From Kiritimatiellia bacterium (GTDB lineage Bacteria; Verrucomicrobiota; Kiritimatiellia; RFP12; UBA1067), in contig JAKSOW010000002.1 of assembly GCA_024405395.1 (NCBI GenBank), positions 1-62,796 on the forward strand: 62,796 nt of DNA. Reading direction: 5' to 3'. The notes beneath the pieces are model-generated. The model was not told the origin of the DNA and did no database searches. It saw nothing but the letters and a program-made list of their open reading frames with translations. This document shows positions 23,190 to 32,883 of the stretch, in pieces (positions within the stretch are counted from its first letter, which is position 1; each line of letters starts with the position of its first letter). The translations under genes and the position numbers were made by a program.

Positions 23190-26100
23190 ATGAAGAATCT
23201 GTTTGTTCTGGCGCTCGCCTGTGGCCTCGGCGTCGTGGCTTCGGCAAAGGACGATCTGGTGATTTCGGCGGCCGATGGCTTTGCCGCCGTCACGCGCGTG
23301 TCGAACGCACGCATGGAGCGGACGCCAACGTCGCTCGTCTTCACGGACATCCTTCCCGACATGCAGGTGTATCTGAAGACGCCCGTCGTCTTTTCGGGCG
23401 AAATCGAGGGCTTTGAATTCCGCTATCGTGCCTCAGGCCCCACGCCCAAGCCGAAGGCCGGCGGGGAACTCTTCTACGCCGCGTTCGGCGCATCATTCTC
23501 GGATGCGCGCGCCTGGTCGATTCCGGCGCTCGTGCGCGATGGCGAATGGCACACGCTTCGGCTTACGCTTTCAGCCATCCGCAAGCCCGCCGAATGGGAG
23601 GCGAGCGGCCGCATGACCAAGTTCCGTCTCGACCCCACGAACGCCGAGGGGGGCAAGATCGAGATCTCCGAGATTCGGTTCATTCGGCGGGGGGCGTCTG
23701 CAAAGGCCGCCGTGCGCACGGCTAAGTTCCACGGCGAGGACGCCTGGCCCGAAGTGACGCCTGAATTGTTCCGGCACGCCCAGCCGCCGCCCTTGGAGAA
23801 GGTGGAGGCGGCCCTGGTCGAGCTCCAGGGCGGCACGGCCGTGCCGCGTGTGCAGACGGCCGGGCAAAAGGTCCATCTGCGCTATGATTACCGTGGGCCC
23901 GAGCCGAAGGGCGAGTTCCTGACGGGGAAGCTCCTGATGCTCACGCCGAAGGGGACGCTCAAATGGTGCGAGCCGCTGACGCTGGCGCGTGCGCAGGTGC
24001 TTACGCGCATGGCCGACGATCGCTGGGCGCTGGAGTTCGACTATGAGGTGCCGCCCTATCTCGGGGAGGGGACATGCGACGTGAGTTTTGACGTGGTCGG
24101 CGTCAAGCCGTGCAAGGGGCGTGAGACGGGCGCGCGCCTGACGGTGAAGCGTTTGGCGGTTGATCCCGACTGGGCTGCGCCTATTTCCGCCAAAGTCGTC
24201 GACGTCGCTGGCACCCCTGCCTTCGCCGTGAACGGCACCCCCGTCTATCCGCTCTGGGGCACAATCGCCTATGGCCGCCATGCCGAGGAGCATCCCTCGC
24301 GCCATTCCTCAGCGCCGCTCAACTTCACCACGGTATGGACGCGCCATCTCGAGTGGTGGCCGCGCGGGGACGAGTTCGACCCCACCGACCTCGACCGTCT
24401 CGCCGAGCAGCACCGCCGCGAATTCCCGGGCGCGTACTTCATGTGGGACATCTCCATCTATCCGCCGCCGGACTGGCGTGACGCCAATCCCGACGACATG
24501 GCGCGGGACGAGCAGGGGCACATCAACACCGACTGCGGCGATGCGGAGATCAACTACACCTTTGCCTCGCAGAAGGCATATGATGACATGACGCGCGTGA
24601 TGAAGAAGGTTATCGCCTACCTGGAGAAGGCGCCCTACGCCAACCGAATCGTCGGTTACCGCATCAATTCCGGCCACACCGTCGAGTGGCTGGGCTGGGA
24701 TCCTTCGCGCAAGGGGACGATCCTCGACTTCTCGCCCGTCGCGCAGAAGGGGTTTGAGGCCTTCGCCAAGGCGCACTACCCGTGGGTGACGGACTATTCC
24801 GTGCCGACGCTTGCCGAACGCCGCGAGCTCGACGGCACCGATCTGCTCTGGGACCAGCGCAAACACGCGCGCACGATCGCCTACCACGACTTCTACTGCA
24901 CCGCCGTCGCCGATGGCGCGATCCGCATGTGCCGTGCGGCAAAGGCCGCGGTGGACGGTCGCAAGCTGGTGGGCACCTACTTCGGCTACGTGATGACGCT
25001 CAACGCGGGTGGGCGCAACCAGATGCGCGCGCATTACGCGATGAAGCACTTCCTCGATGCGCAGGCGACGGACTTCGTGATGAGTCCGCAGAACTACACC
25101 CACATCTCCCGCCAGCCCGGCACGCTCATCAACGACATGAAGCCGTTCAAGTCCATTCAGGACCACGGCATGGTCTCGGTGATCGAGGACGACACGCGCA
25201 CGCACAACATCATGCCAGTCGGCTACTGCCAGACTCTCAATGAGGAGATGACTGTGAGCATTCTGCGCCGCAACATGGGCGTCGCGCTCTGCCGCAACCA
25301 GCCGTTCTACACCTACGCCATCACGAGTGGGCATGAATTCGACTTCCCGCAGTTCGCCGACGACGCGGCTGCCCTGGCCCAGGCGGGCGCCTACGCCCTG
25401 GAGAAGGGCGTTGCGCGCAAGGCCGAGATCGCCTACATCGTGAGCGAGGAGGCGATGAAGTCGACCTCCATGAACCATGGCAACGGCGAGGTGTATGTCG
25501 GCCGTTCGCTGCAGACCTACGACAAGACAGGCAAGGTCGTGCCCTACGAGTCGCTCGGCGGTCCGAAGCTCGCCGCCTGGGCGTATTCGAACATCTACAC
25601 GGAGCTTGGGCGCATCGGTGCGGGCGTCGACTATCTGCTGGCCGAAGACGTGGCGGATCATCCGGGCAACTACAAACTCTACATCTTCAACGGCTGCACG
25701 AAGCTGACGCCCGCGCTGCTCAAGGCGGCCGAAACGTTGCGCACGCGCAAGTGTACGATTCTCTGGACTTACGCGCCCGGCTATACGTCCAACGACGGCA
25801 ATTCGCTCGCGAACATGAAGGCCCTCACGGGACTGGACTTCCAGCTGTGCCCGGACGTGACGGAACCCGGCGTCACCCTGGCGGACGGTTCGCGCACTGG
25901 GGCGCTTGTCTATCCGAAAGGGCAGCCGGCGCTTTCGCCGATCTTCGCGGTTGCGAACCCCCAGGATGTGATCGGGCGCTACACGAATGGTGCGGCGGGT
26001 CTGGCCGCCTCTCAGACGGGGCTGGCGCGGACGGTCTTCTCGGGGTCGTATTTCCTGGAGACGCCGCTGATGCAGCGCCTTGCGCGCGAGGCGGGCGTGC

Positions 26101-26336
26101 ACATCTTCTCCGAATCGCGTGACGTGCTGGAGGCCAACGCGAACTTCCTTCTTTTCCATGCGCGCAACGCCGGCAAGAAGACGATTCGCCTGCCGAAGAA
26201 GACGCAGGTGATTGACGTGTTCAACCGCCGCCTCGTCGCGGAAGGCGTCGACTGCTTTGAATTCGACGCCCCCCTGCATGGCACCTATTTCTTCTATTTT
26301 GGTGACGATGCCCAGAATTTGCTGGCGCGCCTGTGA
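23190..26336 (+). CDS. secreted glycoside-hydrolase-like protein (GH42-like barrel plus trimerisation-like domain); family uncertain
   Basis: The ATG at 23190 gives the signal peptide MKNLFVLALACGLGVVASA. The ORF-track start at 23094 overlaps the P3 end. YKLYIFNGCTKLTPALLKAAE...TILWTYAPGY resembles the GH42 middle domain. Confidence 0.4.
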   Translation: MKNLFVLALACGLGVVASAKDDLVISAADGFAAVTRVSNARMERTPTSLVFTDILPDMQVYLKTPVVFSGEIEGFEFRYRASGPTPKPKAGGELFYAAFGASFSDARAWSIPALVRDGEWHTLRLTLSAIRKPAEWEASGRMTKFRLDPTNAEGGKIEISEIRFIRRGASAKAAVRTAKFHGEDAWPEVTPELFRHAQPPPLEKVEAALVELQGGTAVPRVQTAGQKVHLRYDYRGPEPKGEFLTGKLLMLTPKGTLKWCEPLTLARAQVLTRMADDRWALEFDYEVPPYLGEGTCDVSFDVVGVKPCKGRETGARLTVKRLAVDPDWAAPISAKVVDVAGTPAFAVNGTPVYPLWGTIAYGRHAEEHPSRHSSAPLNFTTVWTRHLEWWPRGDEFDPTDLDRLAEQHRREFPGAYFMWDISIYPPPDWRDANPDDMARDEQGHINTDCGDAEINYTFASQKAYDDMTRVMKKVIAYLEKAPYANRIVGYRINSGHTVEWLGWDPSRKGTILDFSPVAQKGFEAFAKAHYPWVTDYSVPTLAERRELDGTDLLWDQRKHARTIAYHDFYCTAVADGAIRMCRAAKAAVDGRKLVGTYFGYVMTLNAGGRNQMRAHYAMKHFLDAQATDFVMSPQNYTHISRQPGTLINDMKPFKSIQDHGMVSVIEDDTRTHNIMPVGYCQTLNEEMTVSILRRNMGVALCRNQPFYTYAITSGHEFDFPQFADDAAALAQAGAYALEKGVARKAEIAYIVSEEAMKSTSMNHGNGEVYVGRSLQTYDKTGKVVPYESLGGPKLAAWAYSNIYTELGRIGAGVDYLLAEDVADHPGNYKLYIFNGCTKLTPALLKAAETLRTRKCTILWTYAPGYTSNDGNSLANMKALTGLDFQLCPDVTEPGVTLADGSRTGALVYPKGQPALSPIFAVANPQDVIGRYTNGAAGLAASQTGLARTVFSGSYFLETPLMQRLAREAGVHIFSESRDVLEANANFLLFHARNAGKKTIRLPKKTQVIDVFNRRLVAEGVDCFEFDAPLHGTYFFYFGDDAQNLLARL

Positions 26337-26343
26337 GGGTGGA

Positions 26344-27789
26344 ATGGAAAGTCTGAATGCATTGATAGATACGCTTAACGGCTGGCTTTATGGCTACATC
26401 CTTGTGGCTTTGCTGGTCGTGGGCGGGATCTACTTCACGGTCAGGCTGCAGTTTCTGCCGACCGTGCTGCTGAAGGAGGCGATTCGGACGCTTGCCGTGC
26501 GAGGTGGCCGGGGTGCCGGCACGATGTCGAGCTTTCAGGCGTTGATGGTTTCGACGGCTTCGCGCGTTGGCACGGGCAACATCATCGGCGTGACGGCGGC
26601 GATTCTGGCGGGAGGTCCGGGTGCGGTGTTCTGGATGTGGATCATCGCCGTATTCGGCGCGGCTTCGGCCTTTGTCGAGTCGACGCTTGCCCAGATGTAC
26701 AAATGCCGCGACGCGCATGGCTTCTACTACGGCGGACCAGCCTACTACATTCGCAAGGCCCTGCATGCCCCCGTGTTCGGCGGCGTCTTTGCTGCGTTCG
26801 TCATTCTTCTGTACATGGGCGGATTCAATGCGCTGTGTTCGTTCAACACGACGGACTTCATCTGCAACTACGCACGGAACGTGCCGCACATGACGGTCTA
26901 CGTCGGGTTCGCGTTTGCCGCGCTTGCCGGTCTCGTCATCCTCGGTGGCGGCAAATTCATCTCGCGCGTCACGCAGTTTCTCGTGCCGATCATGGCCGGT
27001 GGCTATATCGTGATCGCGCTGGCGGTGATGGTGCTGCACATCACGGACCTGCCGGGCGTCATGGCCTCGATTCTCGCGCAGGCGTTTGACCTCCATTCGG
27101 CGTTCGGGGGCTTTCTCGGCGCGGCGATCATGATGGGCGTCAAGCGCGGCCTCTATTCGAACGAAGCCGGCGTTGGCTCGGCTCCGAATGCCGCTGCCTC
27201 TGCGGACGTGAAGCATCCCGTGAACCAGGGGCTTGCGCAGTTCCTTTCGGTCTTCATCGACACGATTCTGATCTGTTCGGCGACGGCGTTCATCGTGCTG
27301 TGTTCAGGTGTCGATCCGGCGGGGTATGTCGCGGGAACGGACAATACGCGTTTCCTTCAGGATTGCATGAGTGCTTCGTTTGGCGGCGGCGGTGGCGTTC
27401 TCCTCACCTGCGCACTCGTAATCTTCGCCTATACGACGCTTGTCGGCAACTATTTCTACGCTGAGCAGAGTGTCCGTTACTTCTATCCCAATGCGCATAT
27501 CGACCGGAAGTTCATGACCTGTTATCGAATTGTGGCGATTCTCGTCATTTTCGCAGGTTCGCAGTTCAAGGCTGCCTTTGCCTGGAACCTGTCAGACCTT
27601 ATCATGGGCATGATGGCTCTCGTCAACATCCCGGTCTGCATCTTCCTGGGTAAGCACGTCTACAAGGCGCTTTGGGATTACATGATCCAGCGTAGCCGCG
27701 GCAAGGTGCCGACGTTTGATCCCGAGAAGACGTTGGGGACGGCCGAAGGCATGGAGTGCTGGTGTCGAATCCCCGGTCCTCAGAGCTAA
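26344..27789 (+). CDS. sodium:alanine (amino acid) symporter, AGCS family
   Basis: MESLNALIDTLNGWLYGYILVALLVVGGIYFT, GGPGAVFWMWI and GLYSNEAGVGSAPNAAA are hallmark AGCS segments. The protein is polytopic. Confidence 0.85.
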   Translation: MESLNALIDTLNGWLYGYILVALLVVGGIYFTVRLQFLPTVLLKEAIRTLAVRGGRGAGTMSSFQALMVSTASRVGTGNIIGVTAAILAGGPGAVFWMWIIAVFGAASAFVESTLAQMYKCRDAHGFYYGGPAYYIRKALHAPVFGGVFAAFVILLYMGGFNALCSFNTTDFICNYARNVPHMTVYVGFAFAALAGLVILGGGKFISRVTQFLVPIMAGGYIVIALAVMVLHITDLPGVMASILAQAFDLHSAFGGFLGAAIMMGVKRGLYSNEAGVGSAPNAAASADVKHPVNQGLAQFLSVFIDTILICSATAFIVLCSGVDPAGYVAGTDNTRFLQDCMSASFGGGGGVLLTCALVIFAYTTLVGNYFYAEQSVRYFYPNAHIDRKFMTCYRIVAILVIFAGSQFKAAFAWNLSDLIMGMMALVNIPVCIFLGKHVYKALWDYMIQRSRGKVPTFDPEKTLGTAEGMECWCRIPGPQS

Positions 27790-27802
27790 GAAACCAGAAG
27801 TA

Positions 27803-28747
27803 ATGGAGGTTGATGTGAAGATTTTCCCATTGGCGTTGTTGGCGGCGATTGCCCTGCAGGCTATGGGCGAGACGGTTGACCTGAAGGGCATCTTTCCGTC
27901 CTCGGTCAAGTGCGTGACGATTGTTGCGCCGTCGAGTCACATCGGCGCCGAATCGGTGGCGGCTGTGACGAATGGACTGGGCCAGGCTGGCTACAAAGTG
28001 AAGGTGGCCGACAGCGTATGGACCTATAGCGCCGATCCCGCCGTTCGTGCACGCGACATCGAGAAGGCCTGGCTCGATCCCGAGACGGACCTTGTTCTGT
28101 GCGCACGGGGCGGTCGTGGCGGCTGGGATACGGTGACAAACCTCAACTTCAGCGTTCTGAAGTCGCGGAATGTCCCGTTTGTCGGCTTCTCCAACATCTC
28201 CACCCTCATGAACGCCTTCATTGCCCAGGGCGTCCATCATCCGATCACGGGGCCCATGTGCTCGACGCTGTCGCGCGGCAAGTACCCGCGTGATGCCCGT
28301 GAGCGGCTTTGCCAGACGGTTGCCGGTGAGCCGCTTGCGGCCACGCAGCTCAAGGTTTTACGGGCCTCGCCCACAACGGTCACGGGCAAGCCCGTCGGGG
28401 GGCACTGGCCCTCCATCAGCCGCATGGAGGCGCCCTATCTGCCCGATACGACAGGGCGTGTCGCCTTTTTGGAGATCAATCGCACCTATACGTTTGACAC
28501 CGCCACAAACACCTTTGCCGTCCTGAAGCGGAAGGGGTACTTCAAGTCATTGTCTGCCGCCGTTCTCTGCGACTTCGGCATCAGGGGCACGGCCGAGGAG
28601 AAGGAGAAATTGAGGAAGCATGTTGTCGGTGAGTTGACGTGTCCTGTTTTCAGCGGTTATCCGTATGGTCATATCGGGCGCATCTACGCCATTGACTATG
28701 AGCGGGAGCTGGCCATCTCCCCGAGCGGGTTGCTGACCTGGAAATGA
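27803..28747 (+). CDS. LD-carboxypeptidase-like peptidase (S66 family) with N-terminal signal-like segment
   Basis: IVAPSS...ARGGRGGWD...VGFSNISTL...GYPYGHIG matches the S66 layout (nucleophile Ser in GFS, His near the C-terminus). The N-terminus MEVDVKIFPLALLAAIALQAMG is hydrophobic. Confidence 0.7.
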   Translation: MEVDVKIFPLALLAAIALQAMGETVDLKGIFPSSVKCVTIVAPSSHIGAESVAAVTNGLGQAGYKVKVADSVWTYSADPAVRARDIEKAWLDPETDLVLCARGGRGGWDTVTNLNFSVLKSRNVPFVGFSNISTLMNAFIAQGVHHPITGPMCSTLSRGKYPRDARERLCQTVAGEPLAATQLKVLRASPTTVTGKPVGGHWPSISRMEAPYLPDTTGRVAFLEINRTYTFDTATNTFAVLKRKGYFKSLSAAVLCDFGIRGTAEEKEKLRKHVVGELTCPVFSGYPYGHIGRIYAIDYERELAISPSGLLTWK

Positions 28748-28782
28748 GCCCGGGCGAAGGTCTGGTGAGAGGAGTCTGTGTG

Positions 28783-31086
28783 ATGAAGTCAAAGGTGTTG
28801 CTCGCGGTGCTGGGGCTGACGGCCGTGTTGCGGGCCGACGTGGTCTTGGCGCCGAATCAGACGGAGGTGGTCGTTCCAAGGCGGGCGCCGGCCACCGTGC
28901 GGGTGGCAGCCCAGGAGATGACGAACGCCCTGGCGCAGGTGCTGGGATGTCCGATCCCCGTGGTGCAGAAGAAGACGGCCGGCCGTACGGCTGTCTTCCT
29001 GGGTGATGGCGAGGTCGCCCGCGAGGCGGGCATCGACGTCGCTCAGCTGCCGCGCGACGGATTCGTCATTCGCACGCTGGGGACCGACCGCATCGTCATC
29101 GCCGGCCGAGACGCACCCTTGGCGCGCTTCATCGGCACGCCGAACTACACAGGCGGCGCCTTTTTCGAGCACGCCACGGTCTTTGGCGTGTATGCGTTCC
29201 TGGAGCGGTTCGCCGATTGCCGTTTCTTCTTCCCCGGCGAACTCGGGACCATCCTGCCGCGGGCCGAGAAGCTGGTGATTCCGCCGACGGACTTCTCTGA
29301 CGCGCCCGATTCGGCTGTGCGGCGATACTACAACCATTCGGCTGATGGGCGGTGGTTCGACGAGACGGTGAACACACGCGACGCCAAGGGCCTCAACTGG
29401 TTGCGCACGCGCATGTCATCGCTGAACATCCCCTGTTGCCATGGCTCGATCCGCTTCCAGTACGTCGAACGCTTCAAGGAATCACACCCCGAATACTTCT
29501 CGCTGGATGCCAAGGGCAAGCGCCGTTCGTCGCCGACGCCGGGGCGCCCGGATTCCGTGTACGGTCAGCTTTGCTGGAGCTCGGCCATCACCAATGAGCT
29601 CTTCCTGGACGCCAAATGTTACCTGACCGGGGGCGATCCCGCCGAGCGCGGCCTGTCGGGAAAGTGGGGGGTGAACTGCTGCGACCGCAAATATGTGGAC
29701 ATCATGCCCAACGACGCCTATCAGGAATGCTGCTGCGCAGCGTGTCAGGCGGCGAAGTTGCCGGGTGCCAGCTATGCCAATGACATCATCTGGAAGGCCA
29801 CGGCGGGGATTGCCCAGCGCCTTATCGACGAGGGTATCCCCGGCTACATCACGCAGATGTCCTATAACCCCTACAAGGACGTACCGTCCTTCCACTTGCC
29901 CACGAACGTGCTGGTGATGGTGGCGGTGAACGGCCCCTATTCCCATTACGACGCGGCGAGCCGCAAGGCGCAGTTCGACCGCACGAAGGCGTGGATGACG
30001 AAGACTGGGCACAAGGTGTGGCTGTGGACGTATCCCGGCAAGTGGGGGCCTCGGGCCTTCGCCGACGTGCCGCAGATCTGCCCCAGGGCGTGGGGAGCCT
30101 TCTATCGCGAGATGGCCCCCTATTCGATCGGAGCCTTTGCCGAATCGGAATCGGATCGCTGGTTCTACAACCACCTCAACTACTATGTCTTCGGGAAGGT
30201 GATGTGGCGCACGAGCATCGATGTCGATGCCGTGCTGACCGATTATTATGCCCGGATGTATGGTCCTGCGGCCGAGGAGGTGCGGCAGATGTTCGAGTCG
30301 CTTGAGGATACCTGGCTGAAGAAGACGATGGGTCGCACAATCGATACGCCGCTGGGCCCGCAGACGCGTGTGCCCAGCGTACACGACCTCTGGAATGTGG
30401 TCTACACGCCGGCCTACATCGCCTCCGTGCGTGCGCGGTTGGACGCGGCCGTGGCAAAGGTCGCCAAGGACAGTCTGGAGGCTCGCCGCCTGGCGCTGCT
30501 GGATCGGGAGATCGTGTCACCGCTTGCGCGCGCCTCTGCCGCGTATCTGGAAGGGCAGTCGGTGGACGTCGAGCAGAAGCGCCGCGCCGCACACCCCGAA
30601 GAGGTGTCCATTGTCTCCAACGGTGACTTCACGGAATCGCCGCGTGGCCGCTTCTTTGGCGGCTGGTATGTGGACAAGGAGCCTGTGCCGCTGTCCCAGG
30701 CGGAGAGTGTGGTGGGTGGACAGTCCGTTGTGCTGACGGGTGCCGTCGACGGCAAGCGCATGATGGTTGGTCAATATCTGCCGCAGCTCAAGCCGAATAC
30801 CCGCTATCGGATCTCGTTCTACCTGAAGCTGGCGGATGTCGTTTCGCCCGGGGCGGGGGGCGGCGCGCACATCACCCTCATGGACGACTGCAACCACAGC
30901 TTCCCGGAACGCACCGCCTATTCCGGCACGATGGACTGGACGCACTGCCAGTTCACCTACACCACGCGCCCCGGCACAAACGGCAAACACCGCTCCTACA
31001 TCCGCCTCGTGCTCACCGCCGGCTGCACCGGCACGGCCTGGTTTGACGGCGTGCGGATCGTCGAGATGCCGGATTCGGACAAATGA
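28783..31086 (+). CDS. secreted DUF4838-type glycoside-hydrolase-like protein with C-terminal CBM-like module
   Basis: Signal peptide MKSKVLLAVLGLTAVLRA (alternative ATG at 28744 overlaps the upstream stop as ATGA). DGFVIRTLGTDRIVIAGRD and FLERFADCRFFFPG are typical of DUF4838 N-termini. NGDFTESPRGRFFGGWY is a CBM-like tail. Confidence 0.55.
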   Translation: MKSKVLLAVLGLTAVLRADVVLAPNQTEVVVPRRAPATVRVAAQEMTNALAQVLGCPIPVVQKKTAGRTAVFLGDGEVAREAGIDVAQLPRDGFVIRTLGTDRIVIAGRDAPLARFIGTPNYTGGAFFEHATVFGVYAFLERFADCRFFFPGELGTILPRAEKLVIPPTDFSDAPDSAVRRYYNHSADGRWFDETVNTRDAKGLNWLRTRMSSLNIPCCHGSIRFQYVERFKESHPEYFSLDAKGKRRSSPTPGRPDSVYGQLCWSSAITNELFLDAKCYLTGGDPAERGLSGKWGVNCCDRKYVDIMPNDAYQECCCAACQAAKLPGASYANDIIWKATAGIAQRLIDEGIPGYITQMSYNPYKDVPSFHLPTNVLVMVAVNGPYSHYDAASRKAQFDRTKAWMTKTGHKVWLWTYPGKWGPRAFADVPQICPRAWGAFYREMAPYSIGAFAESESDRWFYNHLNYYVFGKVMWRTSIDVDAVLTDYYARMYGPAAEEVRQMFESLEDTWLKKTMGRTIDTPLGPQTRVPSVHDLWNVVYTPAYIASVRARLDAAVAKVAKDSLEARRLALLDREIVSPLARASAAYLEGQSVDVEQKRRAAHPEEVSIVSNGDFTESPRGRFFGGWYVDKEPVPLSQAESVVGGQSVVLTGAVDGKRMMVGQYLPQLKPNTRYRISFYLKLADVVSPGAGGGAHITLMDDCNHSFPERTAYSGTMDWTHCQFTYTTRPGTNGKHRSYIRLVLTAGCTGTAWFDGVRIVEMPDSDK

Positions 31087-31104
31087 TCTAGAGAGGAAAC
31101 CGAG

Positions 31105-32871
31105 ATGCACATCAACCGAAGGAACTTCATCGGCTCATCCGTCGCCACGCTGGCGGTGGGCCTGTCCTACCCTGCCTATGCGGGCGAGAAGCCTCTGCTC
31201 AAGGTTGGCTTCATGACCGATACGCATGTGGGTACCACCAAGAAATCATGCGAACGCGTGAAAGGCGCCTTTGAGGTGTTCAAGGCGCAGGGCGTCGACG
31301 CCGTGGGGCATTGCGGCGACTTGGCCGACTGGCACTATGTCGAGGGCTACAGGTACTACCGCGAGACATTTGAGGATGTCTATCCGGAGGGGGCGAAGCG
31401 CCCCGAACTGCTCTACGTCTACGCTAACCACGATGCGCTTGACCCCACCAAGAAGGATCCGAAACTGCGCCAGCAGCGCGTGATGGATCTGGCGACGGCA
31501 TTCGCCGACATGCGCGCGCGGCTCAAGATCGACCATGGCCTTTTCCATCAGACGACCCTAGGCGGCATTCCGTTCCTCGTGTTCCCCCAGACGCAGAGGC
31601 TCATCGGCGGTTATGAGGAAGTGGAGAAGCAGGTGGCGGCCGCCTGCGCGGCCCACCCCACGGGGCCAGTCGTGGTGCTCACGCACATGGCGCCCGCCCA
31701 CACGGCCTACAACAGTGGCGAATGGGGCGATTCTGCCTTGCGCAAGATATTCAACAAATATCCGCGCGTCGTCACGTTCACCGGCCATACGCATGGCTCC
31801 CTGCGCAATGAGCAGAGCGTCTGGCAGGGAGAATTCACGGCTGTGGACGTCTGCTGCCTCCAGGAATGGCATGGCATCAGCGTGGGCACACCAGTCGCCG
31901 GCAAACAGGCGTATGGCGTGGTTGTGGCCGAATTCTTCGCGAATCGGATCGTGCTGCGCCGCTTCGATGTGCGTGACGGCAGCGAATTCAAGCCTGAGGA
32001 TCCTTGGGTCGTGACGTTGCCGTTTATCGCCGCCACCGCCCCGCTGAACTGGGAGACGCGCGCGAAGACCGAGCGCAAGGCCGCGTTTGCCGCCGGTTCG
32101 CAGATGACCTTTACGACCGATGCCGTGCCGTTTGGCTCCCTGAAGGTGGCGTTTCCGGGGGCACAGGCCGAAGAGGACGTGCTTTCCTATCGCATTGAGA
32201 TCTCGCGGCGGAAAGACGGGGCGTGGGAACGTTTCGCCCGCAATGACGTCTTTGGCGAGTTCTATCTGCGGCCCGCAGACCGCACAGGCCGATATGCGCG
32301 CTCCTATCCGGCCATCTTCTTCGAGGCGAACGAGACCTATCGCTTCACGGTTACGCCCGTGGGCTTCTTTGGCGCGCTTGGTACGCCGCTTGAAGGTGAA
32401 TGGACGGCGCCCGCCAAGAAACCCGCGAAGTCTATTCTGCTGGAGGAGGATCCCATGGACAAGCTCATCTGCCGCCAAGGATGGCCGCGGAGTGCGCAAG
32501 ATCGCCAGAACGCCAAACCCACGCGACGTGACGCCGAGGGCTGGTATCTGCGGGATGGCGGGCTCAACTGGTTTGAGCTGCCGGAAGGCGTGTGGCAGAC
32601 GAAGAAGGGCACGCATTTCCGCGTGGCGGCGGATCTGCGCGTGCAGCAGGCGCCCAAGATAGACGGGTGGTGTCTGCGGCTGTCGACGGCGGACGGCACG
32701 AGCCGCAGCGCGTGTGGCTGGATGACGACGCCGGATGGCGATGCGGGGCTACTGCGCTGTGTCTTCGAGTTTGATGCGCGCGTTGACGACCAGCCGAACT
32801 TTGCGCTTCAGCTGGATCGTGGCGGAAAGGGGCGCTTCCGTTTGGAGCGTCTGGCCATTGAAAACGACTAA
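31105..32871 (+). CDS. Tat-exported calcineurin-like metallophosphoesterase
   Basis: Twin-arginine signal MHINRRNFIGSSVATLAVGLSYPAYA. Metallophosphatase motifs DTHVG, GDLAD, ANHD and GHTHG. Confidence 0.75.
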   Translation: MHINRRNFIGSSVATLAVGLSYPAYAGEKPLLKVGFMTDTHVGTTKKSCERVKGAFEVFKAQGVDAVGHCGDLADWHYVEGYRYYRETFEDVYPEGAKRPELLYVYANHDALDPTKKDPKLRQQRVMDLATAFADMRARLKIDHGLFHQTTLGGIPFLVFPQTQRLIGGYEEVEKQVAAACAAHPTGPVVVLTHMAPAHTAYNSGEWGDSALRKIFNKYPRVVTFTGHTHGSLRNEQSVWQGEFTAVDVCCLQEWHGISVGTPVAGKQAYGVVVAEFFANRIVLRRFDVRDGSEFKPEDPWVVTLPFIAATAPLNWETRAKTERKAAFAAGSQMTFTTDAVPFGSLKVAFPGAQAEEDVLSYRIEISRRKDGAWERFARNDVFGEFYLRPADRTGRYARSYPAIFFEANETYRFTVTPVGFFGALGTPLEGEWTAPAKKPAKSILLEEDPMDKLICRQGWPRSAQDRQNAKPTRRDAEGWYLRDGGLNWFELPEGVWQTKKGTHFRVAADLRVQQAPKIDGWCLRLSTADGTSRSACGWMTTPDGDAGLLRCVFEFDARVDDQPNFALQLDRGGKGRFRLERLAIEND

Positions 32872-32883
32872 AGGGGATTCCGA

